A stretch of DNA of 64,000 bases from Octopus vulgaris (lineage: Eukaryota), in NCBI GenBank assembly GCA_951406725.2, contig OX597815.1, forward strand, positions 207,576,001 to 207,640,000. The letters run 5' to 3'. Shown one piece after another: positions 39,783 to 50,402 of this stretch; position 1 is the stretch's first letter; the number at the start of each line of letters is the position of its first letter. The notes below the pieces were generated by a model. The model saw only the letters and a list, made by a program, of their open reading frames with translations. It was not told where the DNA came from and made no database searches. A program made the position numbers and the translations under genes.

Positions 39783-39823
39783 TATACACACACATATATA
39801 TATATACACACACATATATATAT

Positions 39824-39854
<31 letters not shown>

Positions 39855-39886
39855 TATATATACACACACATCACACACACACACAT

Positions 39887-39917
<31 letters not shown>

Positions 39918-39962
39918 CACACACATATATATATATACACACACACATATATATATACACAC

Positions 39963-40017
<55 letters not shown>

Positions 40018-40034
40018 CACACACACATACACAC

Positions 40035-40083
<49 letters not shown>

Positions 40084-40114
40084 CACACACATATATATAT
40101 ATATATACACACAC

Positions 40115-40197
<83 letters not shown>

Positions 40198-40978
40198 ACA
40201 CATATTGCATGCATTAAGAACAACGGCCAAGAGAAAATTATTGAAGTTTCTTTTTTCATGCACCATTAGTAATTCTTGTCTCCTTACTTCCAATAAGAGG
40301 AGTTTGAAATTTAGGTAATTTTTTTGAGCTTCAGTTTAGAATAACTTTTTTTTATAAAAATGATAAAAAAAAACCATTGCTGTTTTCTACACATTGATAC
40401 TACAAGGGCTGAACTGGTAATTTTATTGCCAAGGTGACATATTCTATTATTACACACATGTGAGTGAGAACACTGAGATATTTTTGGTATCTAACATATG
40501 TCAGATACTGCGAGCGCTGCTTCTGATTGGTCAATCCATGGTGATGACCTGAGTTCACGGTAATGGCACTACTTTTGTCATTCATAAGTTACAACTAAAC
40601 TTCATTCATTACTTTCAGGAGCAGGTAGAATGTAGCCATGTAATTAAACAAACATACTATCCTTTTTATACCAGATATCACTTAAAGTCATAGACACATA
40701 AAATATAAACATTTCTGGTTGTAATTCAATTTTTTGTTGCCAAAAAAATCACAACATATTATTAAAGTTATTGAAGATTCAATCTGTGTTATATATTTCT
40801 TGAACGTGAACTTGAATGTTAACAAAATGTTAAACAGTTATCAGTCATTTCACCTGAAAACTTAGCGCTATAAAGTCGGACTATCTTCCTGCGGCATGAC
40901 ATCTTTTACAAACTTATCAGCCTTTACTCTATTGTATTATGAAGAAAAGTTCTAAATTCGATGGTGCTAATTGTTTAA

Positions 40979-41200
40979 CCCTTTCGTGTTCACATTATTC
41001 TGCCAAAATTAATCCTTTTTTATCCACATTGTTTTGAACTAATCATGCATTAATCTTGTAGCTATGAGATTTTGATGAGGTAGCTGTTAATTTTTAAAAC
41101 GATATTGTAGGGTTGGTGTGAGAGACCAGATCTGGCCAATTTGAACATAAAACAGGCAGAATATTTTTGGCCAGATATGGCCGGTTTAAATGCTAAAGGG
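40979..41200. mobile_element. piggyBac-type MITE
   Basis: TTAA|CCCTTT ... AAAGGG|TTAA with TTAA duplication. Confidence 0.8.
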
Positions 41201-41307
41201 TTAAAAGAAATCTGTGAAACAGCAATATAGAACAATGTAAATGAAGTAACAATATATTCCAGTCATACATATAAAGAAACAAGAATTTGGAATTGGATAT
41301 CTCTTAC

Positions 41308-41376
41308 TCTTGGATGATGTTCAATTCTGTATGGTGTTTGCTGAAATACTTGTATTTCTCTAATGACGTGAGCAAT
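41308..41376 (-). CDS. RasGRF: RasGRF-like penultimate coding exon
   Basis: CAG| acceptor, |GTAAG donor, 69 nt. IAHVIREIQVFQQTPYRIEHHPR. Confidence 0.95.
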
Positions 41377-41789
41377 CTGAAATAATAAGGATGATAATTG
41401 TTTCAAATTTTGGCTCAAGGCCTGCAATTTTAGGGTCGGGGGGTTAATTATATTGGACCCAGCACTTGACTGACACATTATTTTATAAACCCCAGCAGGG
41501 TCAAAACAAAGATGAACTCAGAATGTGAAGAGCCTGAAGAAATGCTGCAAAGCATTTTGTCTGATGTGCAAAGGGCTTGCCACTTCAGTAATAATTCTTT
41601 CTAATTTTGTCACAAGATCATTAACCTTAAGGGGGAGGGGAGCAAGTTGATTTTTACTACAGAGTTGTTTTTCACCCAGATCCATCATATCAGCTGCATA
41701 TGTTTTGCTAATGCATGGATAATTTCATCTCCTGGTGTACATCTGTGACAAGACAGTTATGTGCTCATAATGCTTGTCTCAAGCATTTC

Positions 41790-42450
41790 ATTTTTACCCC
41801 CTTGTAACACACTAATAAACCAAGGACTTCTAGGTATTAGTCACTTTTGCCCCAACCCTACAGGGACAACTTCCTTCTTGGCCCATTTCTAAATGAAACC
41901 ACCCTATGCATGATCACTTCCAAGTTCCTGGTCAGCTGGTAGTCTGGTATAACTCAAACTCCAAACATCTCAACAAGACCCTTGGTCCAGCAACAGAAAT
42001 CGACACTGGCCAACATGGGCTTGCCTTTCCAGGTGCCACACATATTAGCTTGTCTTGATGTATGCTCCTGTATATCCCTGGTACCCTTCCCGTGTTGTGT
42101 CCACTGCTTCTACATCCAAACTGTCCAATGCTGTGACAGAGATATTGTTTGCATATGCAGAAAAGACTCTCCTCTGACCCAATTTGAGTGAGGTTCCCTT
42201 TCGAAGTTTCCATCACTACAGCAATAGCTCCAAAGTCAAGCCATACAGGAGAGGGGTGCAGTGGCATCCTAGACAAATCAAGGGTTAAATGCTATGCAGC
42301 CCTAAAAACGAAAAGGAGGCCATTTAGTTTTAGCACCAAGCACATGCTGTTGTACATTGTGGTGATCCAGCCTATAAAGATGGGATTGAAACCAACTGCT
42401 CGTAGGACAGCCACCAGCAAAGAATTGTTTCCAATGCCCTGATGATTCTG
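41790..42450 (-). pseudogene. Decayed L1/Tx1-clade RT fragment
   Basis: LLVAVLRAVGFNPIFIGWITTMYNS...LKLNG is typical of the L1/Tx1 RT segment before the QGCPL motif. Confidence 0.55.
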
Positions 42451-43916
42451 CCAATCCAAAGACGAAGGTAAACCATCCAGATACAATTATGAAAGACAAG
42501 AATGAAAATCTCAGTACTCTGATAAATGTTTTCATCTTGTCTTTCCAAAACATTACCTGGAAAGAATTGAAGAAATTAACAATGTATAAAGGTCTTGTAA
42601 TATAAGCAGAATGTAGAGTGTGAAAGTGAAAACTACTAATAATAAGTGGAGTACTAGGCATGAAGAAAATTTAAAAAATATATATAAAAACAATATCAGG
42701 ACTCACAAATATAAACAGGAAAAAAACTCAATCCCACTGCTCTATGTATGCACAACCCACAGCTCGCAGAGTACACTTTCTGCATAACACACCATTCTAC
42801 AGAATACACCTGTATAACACACTCTACACAATCATCAATCAATAGAAAGTATAACTCATACAAAACATTAAGAATTCACTCCCCAATAAAAAAAAAAATT
42901 TTTAAAGCAACCCACACAGCACAAACTTTACAGAATTAACATCCAATTAAAATATCAACACTTATTCTTAATTATCCCCACTTAATTGTGGATGTTCTGT
43001 TGGAACGAACAATACTCTCTTTACTCTGATTCTTTACTCTTTTACTTGTTTCAGTCATTTGACTGCGGCCATGCTGGAGTGCTGCCTTTATAGTCGAGCA
43101 AATCGACACCAGAGCTTATTCTTTGTAAGCCTAGTACTTATTCTATCAGTCTCTTTTGCCGAACCGCTAAGGTGTGGGGACGTAGACACACCAGCATCGG
43201 TTGTCAAGCAATGCTGGGAAGGGGGGTGACAAACAGCTACACAAACATATACACACACATATATATATGACGGGCTTCTTCCAGTTTCTGCCTACTAAAT
43301 CCACTCAAAAGGCTTTGGTTGGCCTGGGGCTATACTAGAAGACAAAAGGCGGTGAGCTGGCAGACACGTTAACACGCCGGGCGAAATGCTTAGCGGTATA
43401 TCATCTGTCATTACGTTCTGAGTTCAAATTCCGCACCTGTGGTAAATACCATGAGAAAAACTTCTCATATTGGCTTTTGGTGCAAAATGCACTCACGTTT
43501 ACTGCAGAATAGTTTGTTCTAACAGAACATCCATATTAAAGGGGAGATAAATATTACCTCTTGGTATTAATATTCCTTCTACTGCTAATACAAACTTATT
43601 CTTATATAATTGATATACAATAGAATACTTCACATACCACTATCAGCTTACAGAGCTTGCAAAATAGTAATATAACACAAACTACACAGCAGTACATTCT
43701 CTACACAACAAAGAAACAAACAACAACACTAAAACAGTACCAAAACAAAAAAAAGACAGGGAATAAATTTCAAAACAAAGCGAAACAAGGTGTAGAATAA
43801 CATAGACAATTCTGCTGTCCCAAAATCAATATCGCAGAAACCCAATAGCTTTGTTTATCCGTGTAATGAAACTATTCTCCCAAACAAGTATCATTTTAAT
43901 TTTCACTTTGACTTAC

Positions 43917-44034
43917 CATACGCATTTTCGAAAAGTTCACAAGCTTTTCATCTGTGAAATTTGGTGTACCTTCTTCAATAAAAGATAAATCAGTCAAATA
44001 CATGCCTAGATATGGAATGCAGGGTGGATCACAT
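43917..44034 (-). CDS. RasGRF: RasGRF-like exon (CDC25 helical hairpin)
   Basis: CAG| acceptor, |GTAAGT donor, 118 nt, phase 2/0. [39 protein letters not shown] is the hallmark RasGEF motif. Confidence 0.97.
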
Positions 44035-44563
44035 CTGAAAGATAAAGTAACAAGAAAACATTAGAGATGGGAGTAGGATACGTATAAAATGAAATAGAAT
44101 CACTACATTATTTAACAAACTATTTAGGTTGGTCTGTGTGAATAGAATATATTGTGCAAGACAAATACATCCCTAATCGACTGAATAAAATATGTATGTA
44201 TGCATGCACATCATCTTCGCTGTATATACAACTACACATCATCATCATCATTTAACGTCCGCTTTCCAAGCTAGCGTGGGTTGGATGGTTCAACTGGGGT
44301 CTGGGGAGCCCGAAGGCTGCACCAGGCCAGTCAGATCTGGCAGTGTTTCTACAGCTGGATGCCCTTCCTAACGCCAACCACTCCGAGAGTATTTTTAAAC
44401 ATATAGTCACAGGAGTGGTTGTGTGGTAAGTAGCTTGCTTACCAACCACATGGTTCAGTCCCACTGCGTGGCATCTTGGGCAAGTGTCTTCTGCTAGAGC
44501 CCCGGGCCGACCAATGCCTTGTGAGTGGATTTGGTAGACGGAAACTGAAGGAAGCCCATCGTG

Positions 44564-44595
<32 letters not shown>

Positions 44596-45913
44596 CGTGT
44601 GTGTGTGTGTATATGTTTGTGTGTCTGTGTTTGTCCCCCCAACATCACTTGTCAACCGATGGCGGTGTTTTTATGTCCACATAACCTAGCAGTTCGGCAA
44701 AAGAGACCGAAAGAATAAGTACTAGGCTTACAAAGAATAAGTCCTGGGGTCGATTTGCTCAACTAAAGGCAGTGCTCCAGCATGGCCGCAGTCAAATGAC
44801 TGAAACGAGTAAAAGAGTATCCAAGGGAAATAACCCATTCGCTCCTGAAAGTGATCCTTATATATAACCAATGGAAATAACCCATTCATGTTCGGAAATT
44901 ATTTCGTATAAATCAAATTCAGTATGCTTATTTCTTAGTATTTGAACTATTCGTGTTATTTTTGCAATTTATCCAGTACAACAATACTTAAACAAGTAAA
45001 TAGTATTTTCATAAACAATAGACCCACTTCTTTTGGTTAGTGACTTATTCACGAATATACCAACTCTAGTGCCGCTGTGGGTAATATTCTCTGTGAATGC
45101 ACAAAAGCTTTTTTCAGAGTTATTTACTTTGAATTGTTATTATCTCATATCTGATTAGCCTGTTATTACATAACATGCTTCCCGATTTTAGTATACATAC
45201 CTTTATTTCCTCCTAAGTTCTATACAATCTAGGCACATATTAAAACCCTTTTGGGGGCTACTTTATTTAAATTCTTACTATCGGGTAATTAATTTCATGT
45301 TATTACATAACTGACTTCACAATTTGGGTATTTATAACTTATTGGGAATTCCTAAAAGCAAGATCCTGTGTAAGACAGTATGGTATTTTCTGAAAATGCA
45401 CAAAAGCCATTTTAAGGGCTACATACTTTGTATTGATGTTACTGGATTAGTGAAACAATTATGAGAATGGAACCAAGGGATAAGCCCCGCTTTCCTGGGA
45501 ATTACCAGGTACCTCAGCATATGTGTGTGCGCGTATGTATGCATATATATATATTTTAAATTAGAGATAAAACCACTATTAGGCAAATCAAACAATGAAA
45601 AACATAAATCAAAACATAGAAATAAAATTAATTAATATAATATACAAAATATATAAAATATAAAAAGTCAAAATTTAAATTATCTAAATTTAAATCCTTA
45701 AAGAATCCTTAAAATCCTTAAAGTTAAAATAAAAAAAAAATTTTTTAAACTATTAATTTATACCTATAAATTTTTATATATATATGTATATTATTATTTT
45801 TATTTTTAATTTTTTTAATTATATATTTATTGATTTATTTATTATTTTATTTTTATCTTTTAAATATATATAACTATCAAAAAGTATTAAAAAGTTTAAT
45901 ATAAGATAATAAG

Positions 45914-45978
<65 letters not shown>

Positions 45979-46185
45979 ACAGTGTTATATATCCATTATG
46001 GCTGATTGTACCAATTGGTTTTACATTGGTAATTAAACTGGAGAATAGATTACAGCACAATTAACTAGTATTACATGCACGTTGAAGCTGGCATGTATGG
46101 AAAAATATATGACAACCGCTCTCCAATAATGGAGAGCAAATGCCATAATACCCAATGTGAAACTGACTGGTAAGATTAACCATAA

Positions 46186-46567
46186 TCTCTCTCTATATAA
46201 ACGGCAGTTTGTCTGTGCGTGTTTCTGTGTGTCTGTTTGCTTGTACCCTCACCCTGACCACGGCTTTCAACCGATTCTGATGAAACTTGACACACACATA
46301 GCCTAATGTCATAATTCAAAACTAACGCAGCGAAAATTTTGAAAAGTTCCCCCAGTTCTGAAAAAATCGATAAATTCGACATGGGGTCGAGAATCAGGAA
46401 CACAAACCACAAACTGTGTAGGGGACGCAACTCCACCTTTTTTAACTATCAAAAAAATTTACCATCATTTTTTCCCATTTTTTTGCTATTTTTTGGCTAT
46501 AACTCTCTAAAAATGCTTTATAGTTATTTCCCTTACAAACCTGAGCAACGCCGGGCGATACTGCTAG
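46186..46567 (+). mobile_element. Non-autonomous Helitron
   Basis: A|TC 5' end, subterminal hairpin CCTGAGCAACGCCGGG, CTAG|T 3' end (AT target). Confidence 0.75.
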
Positions 46568-46732
46568 TAGATATATAAAACTGTACATCTCAGTGCCGGT
46601 GGCATGTAAAAAGCACCCACTACATTCTCAGAGTGGTTGATGTTAGAAAGGGTATCCAGCCCTCAATCAAACCCTCCAACTCATGCCAGCATGGAAAGCG
46701 GACGTTAAACGATGATGATGATGCATATATAT

Positions 46733-47140
46733 ATATTGTTATATTTCGGAATGGTTATTTTGCCAGTTTAGCCAATAAAAACACACACATTATATATTTG
46801 GTGTTATTTTGCTTTAGTGTTATTTATTTTTTACATTAATCTTAATCTTATTTTGGCCAGCATTCTTTCGTCACACTGGCTGACTGTTAGTAAGGAGAGA
46901 CACAAATAAGAAAGAAGAAAACAAATGACCATTGATGCGGTCACAGGAGTGTGACGAAAGAACTCTGGCCGAAATAAGATTAAGATTAAGGTAAAAAATA
47001 AATAACACTAAAGCAAAATAACACCAAATATATAGTGCGTGTGTTTTTATTGGCTAAACTGGCAAAATGACCATTCCGAAATATAACAATATCTGTTTCA
47101 ACACACGACTTCACATAAAAAATCTTGCACAACAAATATA
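46733..47140. mobile_element. Inverted-repeat PLE-like element (~145-bp arms, ~70-nt spacer, tail)
   Basis: 46733-46877 pairs with 46948-47092; tail TTCAACACACGACTTCACATAAAAAATCTTGCA; TA tracts flank. Confidence 0.75.
46927..46970 (+). ncRNA. Hammerhead-like motif with degenerate core
   Basis: GACCA-UUGAUGC-G-GUCAC-AGGAGU-GUGAC-GAAAG-AA-CUC^UGGCC. Perfect 5-bp stem II and CUC triplet; the core deviates at positions 3 and 9. Confidence 0.55.
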
Positions 47141-48249
47141 TAAACGTATATATATATATAAAATTTCATTATCATCAAGTTTGTTTTTTTTCATATTTTC
47201 AGACTGCCAGTTTTAAATCCCTTTTTGGTAAACAAACCAGGCTGGAAATTTGTAATAAACAGAAGACCGAAAATCAAGTCATGATGGACACCATTCTGCA
47301 CATAAGATTCTTATCTAGGTTGGTTCTCACACCATTTTACCATTTTTCACAGATGTTCATCATCTGCTCCATTTTGTTTTGGCTTGGCTCTTACGACTAG
47401 ATGTCTCCCCTATCATTAAATGCATCACAGCATGGAATGGATGCATTTTATTGTGGCTATTGACACATGAGAAGCTGCTTATAGAAGGGCTAAAGGGTTC
47501 CCCCCCCATCTTGTCAATGTTCTAATTCAGTTGCTGGTTTTCAAAATGTGTTGTCGGTTACTGCTGCTGATGTTCAAATCACAGTTTATTTCTAGTGTAG
47601 GACAGTAATAATTGGGGTGACACTGTATAATCATCATCCCCATCATCATTTAACGTCCGTTTTCCGTGCTAGCATGGGTTGGACAGTTCGACCGGAGTCT
47701 GGGAAACCAGGAGGCTGCACCAGGCTCCAGTCCGATCTTGGCAGAGTTTCTACAGCTGGATGCCCTTCCTAACGCCAACCACTTCGAGAGTGTAGTGGGT
47801 GCTTTTTACGTGCCACTGGCACAGGTGCCAGGGGAGGCTGGCAGCGGCCATGGTCGGTTGGTGCTTTTTATTGTGCCACCAGCACAGAAGCCAGTCAAGG
47901 CGGTGCTGGCATTGGCCATGTCCGGATGGTGCTTTTTCTATCCAGTAAAATGTTTCTTAGGCAAGTTCATCAATGTTGAAATAAGAATGAGAGGTTATGA
48001 ATAAAAACCAATTGTATATTTGGCATGTGAATTTTATTCTATGATAGATAAAAATTTGTATTGTAAAATCTAAGATCATGCAACTGTAATGTGAAGGAAA
48101 AAGATACAATCTATTTAAAAGAAAGTAAGCTATAAAGAAATCTAATTCAGCATAGACATGACATTAAAAAAAAATGTAATTGCATAAAAAGCCATTATAT
48201 TGATCGATGTGAATAATTTTAAGCATTATAGACTTCAACATGAACTTAC

Positions 48250-48329
48250 CTATGAAGTGCGTCTCTCATGTTCTTGAACCTTCCTTCAGAGGAAACTAAT
48301 GTTTGGAGCTTATCAATCATTTGTCGTGT
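48250..48329 (-). CDS. RasGRF: RasGRF-like exon (CDC25 domain)
   Basis: TAG| acceptor, |GTAAGT donor, 80 nt, phase 0/2. TRQMIDKLQTLVSSEGRFKNMRDALH(R). Confidence 0.95.
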
Positions 48330-48719
48330 CTAAATACAAAAAGAAAGACAATTTAAAAGATTAACAATGAATCATAACAAAAGCATTTACATAGTTATTA
48401 AATTCTACAAGACTAAAAATGCTTTCTTTGAATTTAGTAATAAAGTAAGTACTGTAGGCAAATACGGTAATTTACTGTGACTCCAATACTCTATTTGTAT
48501 TCGGTTTTGTATTTCCTCCTATTCATCATCAACATCATCATCATCGTTTAACATCCGCTTTCCATGCTAGCATGGGTTGGACGATTTGACTGAGGTCTGG
48601 AGAACCAGATGGCTGCACCAGACTCCATTCTGCTCTGGCAGTTTCTACAGCTGGATGCCCTTCCTAACGCCAACCACTTCGAGAGTGTAGTGGGTGCCAG
48701 TCAGGTGGTACAGGCAACG

Positions 48720-48995
48720 GCCACCCCCACTATAGACTTGGTCACCTAGGTAGCAGAAGCTATCAACAACTTCTAGTTTCTCCCCCTGGCATGTGATGGA
48801 ATCAGTTTTCTGAGCATCTGCAGTGTTTATTGCCCCTGTGCATCTGCTACTCACAAATGCTATCTTCCTGGTTAACCTTCCTTTGATGCTGCTGCACCTC
48901 TTATGCATCCATAGCTTACACTGGGTACATCTTATAGTGTTTCTACCTGCACCTTTTCTACAGATCAAGCAGGGCCATCTACCTGAAGGGGTTTA
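48720..48995 (-). pseudogene. RTE-clade LINE internal fragment
   Basis: CRKGAGRNTIRCTQCKLWMHKRCSSI...EKLEVVDSFCYLGD in ORF 48645..48968. Confidence 0.75.
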
Positions 48996-49637
48996 TTTGC
49001 AATAAATTGCTGATACTTTTGCAATACACAAAATACTTTAATGATATTTTAAAAATACAATTCCTAATAATATTTATCACAAGATTTTTAAAACTTTGAA
49101 TGGGTATAAGGGCCCAGGAGAATAAAATAAGAATCACAGGGGTCCAAAGGCAAAAATGGTTGGGAACCACTGATATAGAAGACACCCATGGGAAATTTTC
49201 TAATATTTAAAATTATTAACCAATGAATAATTTTCACAAAAGGTCTAATGTCTGGTAATTATGTGTTAGAGGATACTTTGCTGAGGAGGACTAATAAAAC
49301 TGAAACATACTCATAGTTGTCATTGTAATTACTAAAGATCAGATTCATCTTTCATTGCATACATCTTCATTTAATTTTTTAATCAGTCTAGATTTCAAAA
49401 TTCCCTTTTTCTTGCTGCCCTTGGTAAAAACTCTCATTAACTTCAATTTTTTTCCTTCTCGCTTGCTTTGAACACACAACATTTAGTATGTTAGCCTGCA
49501 GTTAAACTACGTATGTCACCCTTGGTAAGTATGCTAATGTCACTGAATATGGTACTTGCTGTTATAACCTTACAATTTAAAATCCATACCTAACTTCTCT
49601 TTCAACAACTCATTAAATACAAGTTTATAATAGACAA

Positions 49638-49828
49638 TTGCAGCGTGGAAGGTGTTTATAAGCCATTTAAGAAACACACAAAAACCGTTAGATTCACTGC
49701 AACATTTAAATTTAATTTGCCAAAATATTTTCGCCACTTTGAGACCGCGACCTGTTCACTGACATGCAGTGAATCTAACGGTTTTTTAGTGTTTCTTAAA
49801 TGGCTTATAAACACCTTCCATGCTGCAA
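49638..49828. mobile_element. Inverted-repeat PLE-like element (~64-bp arms) with the G3-C8 hammerhead-like motif in the spacer
   Basis: TTGCAGCGTGGAAGGTGTTTATAAGCCATTTAAGAAACAC / GTGTTTCTTAAATGGCTTATAAACACCTTCCATGCTGCAA. Confidence 0.7.
49718..49764 (-). ncRNA. Hammerhead-like motif with G3-C8 swapped core
   Basis: Minus strand: UGUCA-GUGAACA-G-GUCGC-GGUCUCAAA-GUGGC-GAAAAUAUUU^UGGCA. Stems I and II are fully paired with G-U wobbles; stem III is palindromic AAAUAUUU. Confidence 0.6.
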
Positions 49829-50204
49829 AAGTTCAATTAGATATCATGAATCAAGTTAATGCAACCCCTTGCAAAAATGCAATTCTATAAATGTTTTCTT
49901 GGTGCTGTATAAAACACAAGCCTGCCAGTGGCATGTAAAAAGCACCCACTACACTAACGGAGTCGTTGGCGTTAGGAAGGGCATCCAGCTGTAGAAACAC
50001 TGCCAGATCAAGATTGGAGCCTGGTGCCGCCTCCTGGCTTCCCAGACCCCGGTCGAACTGTCCAACCCATGCTAGCATGGAAAAGGGATGTTAAACGATG
50101 ATGATGATAGTGTCAAAAAGTTTCATTTAGGGGTCCAGCTTTAAAGTTAAAGAAGAGATTTAATGTTTAGTAACGCTTGGATAAGTGAAATAACCATTTC
50201 TTAC

Positions 50205-50402
50205 CTGCTTTGATATTCTTTCCCACATTTTCTTCATTCTAAAAACTGAACTGTTCACAAATGCAGCACATATCTGTAAGACACCATTATAATTATGCAT
50301 GCAGCGACAAATATCTGCGATTGCAGCCCACTTTTCAAGACATGCTACTCTGTCTTGTATATTGGTACGTCCGACTATTTCCGACACTACCAAACGACTC
50401 AC
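50205..50402 (-). CDS. RasGRF: RasGRF-like exon (CDC25 domain core)
   Basis: CAG| acceptor, |GTAAG donor, 198 nt. VSRLVVSEIVGRTNIQDRVACLEKWAAIADICRCMHNYNGVLQICAAFVNSSVFRMKKMWERISKQ; lies within ORF 50160..50420. Confidence 0.96.

Noticed and set aside
34921-40293. Long ORFs of 150-350 aa rich in Y/I/H/T/C/V/M
   Set aside because: They are translations of TA/TG/CA microsatellites, which lack stop codons; no splice or domain support.
46270-46295. CTGATGAAAC as a hammerhead core
   Set aside because: No room for stem II and no stem I or III pairing; it is internal Helitron sequence.
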